Assembly: GCA_037442785.1 (NCBI GenBank)
Contig: JBBIPQ010000003.1
Location: 1 to 42,681 of the forward strand
Source of the DNA: Nitrospirota bacterium
Lineage (GTDB): Bacteria; Nitrospirota; Thermodesulfovibrionia; Thermodesulfovibrionales; UBA9159
Direction of reading: 5' to 3'
Length of the DNA: 42,681 bases
Position numbers and translations under genes: made by a program. The notes under the pieces were generated by a model. It was not told where the DNA came from. It ran no database searches and saw only the letters and a list, made by a program, of their open reading frames with translations. Positions 37,775 through 42,681 of the stretch are shown in pieces. Position 1 is the first letter of the stretch. The number at the start of each line of letters is the position of its first letter.

Positions 37775-38877
37775 AGGATTACTATGAGATACTTGGGGTG
37801 CCAAGGAATGCTACTGAGGCCGAGATAAAGAAGGCCTTCAGGTCGCTAGCCCTCAAGTATCATCCTGATAGAAACCCTGGCAATAAAGAGGCAGAAGAAA
37901 GATTCAAAGAGATTAATGAGGCTTACTCTGTCCTCAGCGACTCAGAGAAGAGGGCCAATTATGATAGATACGGAACTGCTGAGGGCATAGGTGCTGGTTT
38001 CGGGGCATTTACTGGCACTGCCTTTTCAGACATATTTGAGGACATCTTTGGTGACTTCTTTGGAACCTTTACAGGTCAGAGAAGGCCAAGGCCAGCAAAG
38101 GGCGATGATCTCCGTTATGACCTGGATATAACCCTTGAAGAGGCTGCTTCTGGAGCAGAAAAAAAGATTGAGGTGCCCCGATGGGAGAGGTGTGATACCT
38201 GTAATGGCTCGGGTGCAAGGCCTGGCACAGGACCTGTTCAATGTCCTAATTGCCGGGGGACAGGACAGATAAGATTCCAGCAAGGTTTCTTCAGCATATC
38301 AAGGACATGCAATAGGTGCAATGGCTCTGGTAAGATTATAACCGATCCCTGTAATAACTGTAAGGGTAAGGGTCATGTAAGAAAGACCCGTACAATCTCT
38401 GTAAAGGTCCCACCTGGTGTTGATACTGGCTCAAGGCTCAGGATGTCCGGTGAAGGAGAGCTTGGCCATTACGGTGGCCCCCCGGGTGATCTTTACATAA
38501 TCATCAATGTCAAGAAGCATCCCCTCTTTGTCAGGAAAGGCAATGACATCCTTTATGAGGCCATGATAACCTTTCCCCAGGCTGTGCTTGGGGCAACCAT
38601 TGAGGTCCCTACCCTTGACGGAACAGCTGACCTGAAGATACCACCGGGAACACCCTCAGGAAAGGCCTTTCACCTCAAGGGCAAAGGGATTCCCAGGCTT
38701 GGAGGACATGGAAGGGGTGATGAGATAGTCATAGTAAACATCGAGGTCCCAAAACATATAATCCCCAGACAGAGGGAGTTGCTTGAGGAGTTTGCACGAA
38801 TTAGTGGGGAAAAGACCTCAAAGACCTTCAAGGATAGATTAAAGGACATCTTTTCCAATCAGGAGAAAGGCACCTAA
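37771..38877 (+). CDS. dnaJ: Molecular chaperone DnaJ (Hsp40)
   Basis: J domain (DYYEILGV...YHPDRNP), a G/F region, and four CxxCxGxG zinc-finger repeats. Confidence 0.97.
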   Translation: MKDYYEILGVPRNATEAEIKKAFRSLALKYHPDRNPGNKEAEERFKEINEAYSVLSDSEKRANYDRYGTAEGIGAGFGAFTGTAFSDIFEDIFGDFFGTFTGQRRPRPAKGDDLRYDLDITLEEAASGAEKKIEVPRWERCDTCNGSGARPGTGPVQCPNCRGTGQIRFQQGFFSISRTCNRCNGSGKIITDPCNNCKGKGHVRKTRTISVKVPPGVDTGSRLRMSGEGELGHYGGPPGDLYIIINVKKHPLFVRKGNDILYEAMITFPQAVLGATIEVPTLDGTADLKIPPGTPSGKAFHLKGKGIPRLGGHGRGDEIVIVNIEVPKHIIPRQRELLEEFARISGEKTSKTFKDRLKDIFSNQEKGT

Positions 38878-38879
38878 TA

Positions 38880-39623
38880 ATGCCCCGAATCTTCCTTCCT
38901 GTAAGTCAGGCTGATGAGTCTGGTTTTCTGAGCATCAGAGGTGAAAAGGCTCATTACCTTACAAAGGTATTGAGGTGCGAGAGGGGTGATAATATCGAGA
39001 TCCTTGATGGAAGGGGCAGATCCCTTCAATGTGTAATAAGGGATGTTTCAAGAAAGGAGATAATCGTTGAGATTACAGGCCTTCAACCCTGTGATACCGA
39101 ATCCCCTCTGAATCTCCTTCTCCTTCAGGGCCTCTTAAAGGGTGATAAGATGGATCTGGTTATACAGAAGACAACAGAACTTGGCATTAAGGAGATATTC
39201 CCGGTTGTGACAGAGAGGAGTCAGGTGAGGCAGACAGCCAGGGTCGATAGATGGCGAAAGATAGCGGAGGATGCATCAAGGCAGAGCGGAAGGGCCATTA
39301 TCCCTGTCATTCATGAACCTGTAGAGATTGGAAAGATCCTTGATTCCCTTAATTCAGAGCAGAAGGGGTTTATATTCTGGGAAGGAGGGGGTATCAGCAT
39401 TAAAGAGGCTGTCATAGCCTTCAAGCAACCGGATAATACCCGTGTTCCTCCATCCTTTCTTTATCTCATGATAGGTCCCGAGGGAGGTTTTACTGAAGAA
39501 GAGGTTAAGGATGCCAGGGATCATGGCCTTATCCCTGTCTCTCTTGGAAGACGCATCTTAAGGGCTGAGACAGCTGCCATAGTCTCAACAGCCCTTATTC
39601 AGTCCCTTCTGGGTGATCTTTAA
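38880..39623 (+). CDS. rsmE: 16S rRNA (uracil1498-N3)-methyltransferase RsmE
   Basis: 247 aa with MPRIFLP..., DLVIQKTTELGIKEI, IGPEGGFTEEEV and LGRRILRAETA. The dnaJ-rsmE linkage is commonly conserved. Confidence 0.88.
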   Translation: MPRIFLPVSQADESGFLSIRGEKAHYLTKVLRCERGDNIEILDGRGRSLQCVIRDVSRKEIIVEITGLQPCDTESPLNLLLLQGLLKGDKMDLVIQKTTELGIKEIFPVVTERSQVRQTARVDRWRKIAEDASRQSGRAIIPVIHEPVEIGKILDSLNSEQKGFIFWEGGGISIKEAVIAFKQPDNTRVPPSFLYLMIGPEGGFTEEEVKDARDHGLIPVSLGRRILRAETAAIVSTALIQSLLGDL

Positions 39624-42600
39624 ATCCTCTTCCCTTCCATAACATATAAATTGCGGGGTATATGATCAATTCAAGGATCGTTGATGTTATCACACCACCA
39701 ACCATGGGTGCAGCAATCCTTTTCATAACATCAGCGCCAGTGCCATGGCTGAACATTATTGGTACAAGACCAGCCAGGATCACGCTTACGGTCATGATCT
39801 TTGGTCTTATCCTCTTTACGGCTCCATACATGATCGCCTCTTTCAGGTCCATAATGGTATTGAGTCTGCCTTCCCTCTTCCACTTCTCATAGGCCAATTC
39901 GAGATAAAGGAGCATGACAACCCCTGTCTCTGCATCAAGCCCGGCAAGGGCGATTATGCCGACCCATACAGCAATACTCATATTATAATTCAGAAGATAG
40001 AGGAGCCAGAATGAGCCCACAAGGGAGAAGGGGACTGCAAGGAGGACAATGAGCGTCTTTGTCACAGACCTTGTGTTGAAGTATATGAGGACAAATATGA
40101 TCAGTATTGTCAGGGGTATTACGATCCTGAGCCTTTCATGGGTTCTTAACATGTATTCATATTCTCCACTCCATTCGAGTCTGTAGCCCTCAGGTATCTT
40201 TAATGAGGCAACCCTCTGTTTGGCCTCATTTATATATCCACCCACATCCCTTCCTGAAAAGTCTATATAGACATAGGATGTAAGGAGACCCTCCTCACTC
40301 TTTATCTGGGTTGGACCCTTTACGATCCTTATATCTGCGATCTCCCCAAGGGGGATCTGTGCAGAAGGCAAACCAGATCTGGCCATGTCAACAGGTGAGT
40401 AATTAGGGGCCATTGCATCCTGCCTCTTACCCATCGCCTCTTGCCCATTACCTGTCATGACAGGTACAAGAACCCTCTTCAGTCTTTCTATATCATCCCT
40501 TAATTCTCTTGGATAACGGAGATTCACAGGATACCTCTCCCTTCCCTCAATCGTGGTGGTCAGGTTCATGCCTCCAATGGCTGACTGGACTATCTCATTT
40601 ACATCATCCACGGTCAGGCCATACCTTGCTGCCTCTTTCCTCTTTATGCTTATGTCAAGGAAGTATCCGGTCGTAACCCTTTCAGCATAAACACTTCTTG
40701 TGCCTCTTATATCCTTCAATAGATCCTCTATCTCAAGACCTATTTTCTCTATCTCCCGAAGGTCTGGCCCCATAACCTTAATCCCGGCGGGTGTCCTGAT
40801 CCCTGTTGAGAGCATATCTATCCTTGCCTTAATAGGCATGGTAAAGGAATTGGCAACACCAGGTATGGAGAGCTTATCATTCATCTCATTCTTTAAATCC
40901 TCCACAGTCATGCCTTTACGCCATTCTGATTCTGGTTTTAGATTTATTACTGTCTCAAACATCTCAAGGGGTGCCGGGTCTGTTGCTGTCTCTGCCCTTC
41001 CAGCCTTTCCAAAGACCTGGGCAACCTCAGGGATCTGCATAAGGAGTTTATCCTGTATCTGGAGTAATCTTGATACCTCTGAAATGGAGGCAGCTGGAAC
41101 CGTAACGGGCATATAGAAGAGCGACCCCTCATATAAAGGGGGCATGAATTCAGAGCCAAGCCTTAAAAAAGGATAGGCAGTAACAGCCATGATAATGATT
41201 GCAAGGATGATCACGATGACCTTGAAACGAAGGGCAATCCTTGCTACTGGTTCATAGAGCCTGTGAAGGATTATGCTTACTGGATTCTTTTCCTCAGGCC
41301 TTATCCTTCCCCTTATGAATAGGGTCATAAGGACAGGGGTCAATGTGATAGCCAGCAGTGAGGCAAAGAGCATGGCAAAGGTCTTTGTGTACGCCAAGGG
41401 CTTGAACAGCCTTCCAGCCTGTGCCTCAAGGGTGAAGACCGGTAAGAACCCCACGGTTATTACAAGGAGTGAGAAGAAGAGGGAAGGTCCCACCTCCTTT
41501 GCAGCCTCCACTATAATATCAAAACGACTGCCAATTCTACCTCCGTCTTCCCATTCCTCAAGTTTCTTATGGGCATTCTCCACCATTATTATGGAGGCAT
41601 CCACCATAGCTCCTATTGCTATCGCAATGCCACTGAGACTCATTATGTTGGAGGTCACCTTGAGATAATACATGCAGATAAAGGAGATGATGATCGCTAC
41701 AGGAAGGGTCAATATAACCACGAAGGCGCTGGGTAGATGAAAGAGGAATACAATGCATACTACGCTAACAGCAAGGGAGAGTTTTATAATCTCCTCTTTC
41801 AGCGTATCAATGCTTCTGTGGATGAGGTCTGATCTATCATAGGTAATAACGATCTTTACACCTTCTGGGAGGCTTGGCTCGATATCATTTTTTATTCTGG
41901 CCTTGACCCTTTCTATCACATTCAACACATTCTCTCCGAATCTCACCACAACTATACCGCCAGCAACCTCGCCCTTACCATTAAGATCAGCAATACCCCT
42001 TCTTATCTCAGGACCGAGCTGGATCCTTGCTATGTCTTTTAAGAATACGGGTGTTCCGACCCCATCAGTGCTTACAGGGATCCATCTGAGGTCATCAATG
42101 TTTCTGATATAACCCCTTCCCCTGACCATATACTCAATCCCTGAGAACTCAAGGACCCTTCCCTCCACATCCCTATTACTCTTCCTTATGGCCTCAATGA
42201 CCTTTGTTATTGGTAGATTGTATGCAAGGAGTCTGTTTGGATCTATAGTTATCTGGTATTGCCTTACAAATCCTCCGATACTTGCTACCTGCGAGACCCC
42301 TTCAACACTCTCAAGGGCAAGTTTTATATTGTAATCCTGAATCGAACGGAGTTCTGATAGGTCATGTCTGCCTGACTCATCAACAATGGCATAGGAGAAC
42401 CCCCAGCCCACACTCGTTGCATCAGGGCCGAGTACTGGATTAACATCAGGGGGTATCTTGTTCTTCACAGACTGTATGTATTCGAGGACCCTACTCCTTG
42501 CCCAGTATATGTCAGTGCCTTCCTCAAATATTACATAGATAAAGGATGTGCCAAAGAATGAAAATCCTCTCACCACCTTTACCTTTGGTGCTGCCAGGAG

Positions 42601-42681
42601 GGTTGATGTTATCGGATATGTAACCTGGTCCTCCACAAGGTCAGGGCTCCTTCCTGGCCATTCCGTATAGATGATGACCTG
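39595..42681 (-). CDS. cusA: CusA/CzcA-family heavy-metal efflux RND transporter (5' end beyond the window edge)
   Basis: The frame stays open to the window end (..IYTEWPGRSPDLVEDQVTYPIT...). There is extensive HME-RND similarity (GTDIYWARSRVLEYI, GAMVDASIIMVEN, the 12-TM pattern). Confidence 0.9.
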   Translation of the reverse strand, partial: QVIIYTEWPGRSPDLVEDQVTYPITSTLLAAPKVKVVRGFSFFGTSFIYVIFEEGTDIYWARSRVLEYIQSVKNKIPPDVNPVLGPDATSVGWGFSYAIVDESGRHDLSELRSIQDYNIKLALESVEGVSQVASIGGFVRQYQITIDPNRLLAYNLPITKVIEAIRKSNRDVEGRVLEFSGIEYMVRGRGYIRNIDDLRWIPVSTDGVGTPVFLKDIARIQLGPEIRRGIADLNGKGEVAGGIVVVRFGENVLNVIERVKARIKNDIEPSLPEGVKIVITYDRSDLIHRSIDTLKEEIIKLSLAVSVVCIVFLFHLPSAFVVILTLPVAIIISFICMYYLKVTSNIMSLSGIAIAIGAMVDASIIMVENAHKKLEEWEDGGRIGSRFDIIVEAAKEVGPSLFFSLLVITVGFLPVFTLEAQAGRLFKPLAYTKTFAMLFASLLAITLTPVLMTLFIRGRIRPEEKNPVSIILHRLYEPVARIALRFKVIVIILAIIIMAVTAYPFLRLGSEFMPPLYEGSLFYMPVTVPAASISEVSRLLQIQDKLLMQIPEVAQVFGKAGRAETATDPAPLEMFETVINLKPESEWRKGMTVEDLKNEMNDKLSIPGVANSFTMPIKARIDMLSTGIRTPAGIKVMGPDLREIEKIGLEIEDLLKDIRGTRSVYAERVTTGYFLDISIKRKEAARYGLTVDDVNEIVQSAIGGMNLTTTIEGRERYPVNLRYPRELRDDIERLKRVLVPVMTGNGQEAMGKRQDAMAPNYSPVDMARSGLPSAQIPLGEIADIRIVKGPTQIKSEEGLLTSYVYIDFSGRDVGGYINEAKQRVASLKIPEGYRLEWSGEYEYMLRTHERLRIVIPLTILIIFVLIYFNTRSVTKTLIVLLAVPFSLVGSFWLLYLLNYNMSIAVWVGIIALAGLDAETGVVMLLYLELAYEKWKREGRLNTIMDLKEAIMYGAVKRIRPKIMTVSVILAGLVPIMFSHGTGADVMKRIAAPMVGGVITSTILELIIYPAIYMLWKGRGFKDHPEGTE

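Noticed and set aside
38561-38600. Hairpin-like CCCCAGGCTGTGCTTGGGG in dnaJ and CTTGGGGTGCC at 37790 resembling the ends of the palindromic element
   Set aside because: Both encode conserved DnaJ residues (FPQAVLGA and YEILGVP). The similarity covers only one arm and no insertion is evident.
40450-40465. Perfect 16-nt palindrome ACCTGTCATGACAGGT inside cusA
   Set aside because: The chance of a perfect 16-nt palindrome at any one position is 4^-8. Roughly 0.6 are therefore expected by chance in a window of this length, so one occurrence is unremarkable. It is inside coding sequence and no second copy was seen.

Overview
Densely coding, housekeeping-dominated chromosomal segment from a bacterium with a Gram-negative-type envelope (lptE, a CusA-type RND pump, an L,D-transpeptidase). 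By protein similarity it may be a Nitrospirota- or deltaproteobacteria-like anaerobe, but that is only a guess. About 46 protein genes fall into conserved blocks. These are queH-DUF2905-spoIID-queA-SPOR; phoH-7TM/HD-ybeY-dgkA (here fused to PAP2); and, on the minus strand, gcvH-lpdA-orphan-eno-ftsB-GH57-L,D-transpeptidase. Next come an AMP-forming acyl-CoA synthetase, two two-component pairs, an ADP-forming acetyl-CoA synthetase alpha-type protein, leuS-lptE-holA, rpsT and dxs. The remainder is rplU-rpmA-obg-proB-tlyA, an LRV-like repeat protein, an ornithine-decarboxylase-like gene plus speE, a textbook CIRCE-hrcA-grpE-dnaK-dnaJ-rsmE heat-shock operon, and a cusA/czcA-like gene truncated by the window edge. 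I see no rRNA or tRNA genes, CRISPR array, transposase, integrase, phage genes or recognisable defence or toxin system, so I cannot honestly claim a new multi-gene system here. The most unusual signals are at the sequence level. (1) A ~37-nt palindromic repeat family has four copies in the window. Two of them sit in-frame inside conserved enzymes (acyl-CoA synthetase and dxs), reminiscent of Rickettsia-type palindromic elements. (2) dxs carries a second, exactly 36-nt in-frame mini-insertion. (3) Degenerate octamer arrays sharing the 15-mer TAGAGCAGTAGAGCA lie directly after TAG stop codons at two gene junctions that precede exported-protein genes. (4) Two essential-type genes have 5' anomalies: a 1-nt frameshift in dxs, and no canonical start codon for the phoH N-terminal domain. 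(5) DgkA is fused to a PAP2 domain. (6) Two proteins have no recognisable function.
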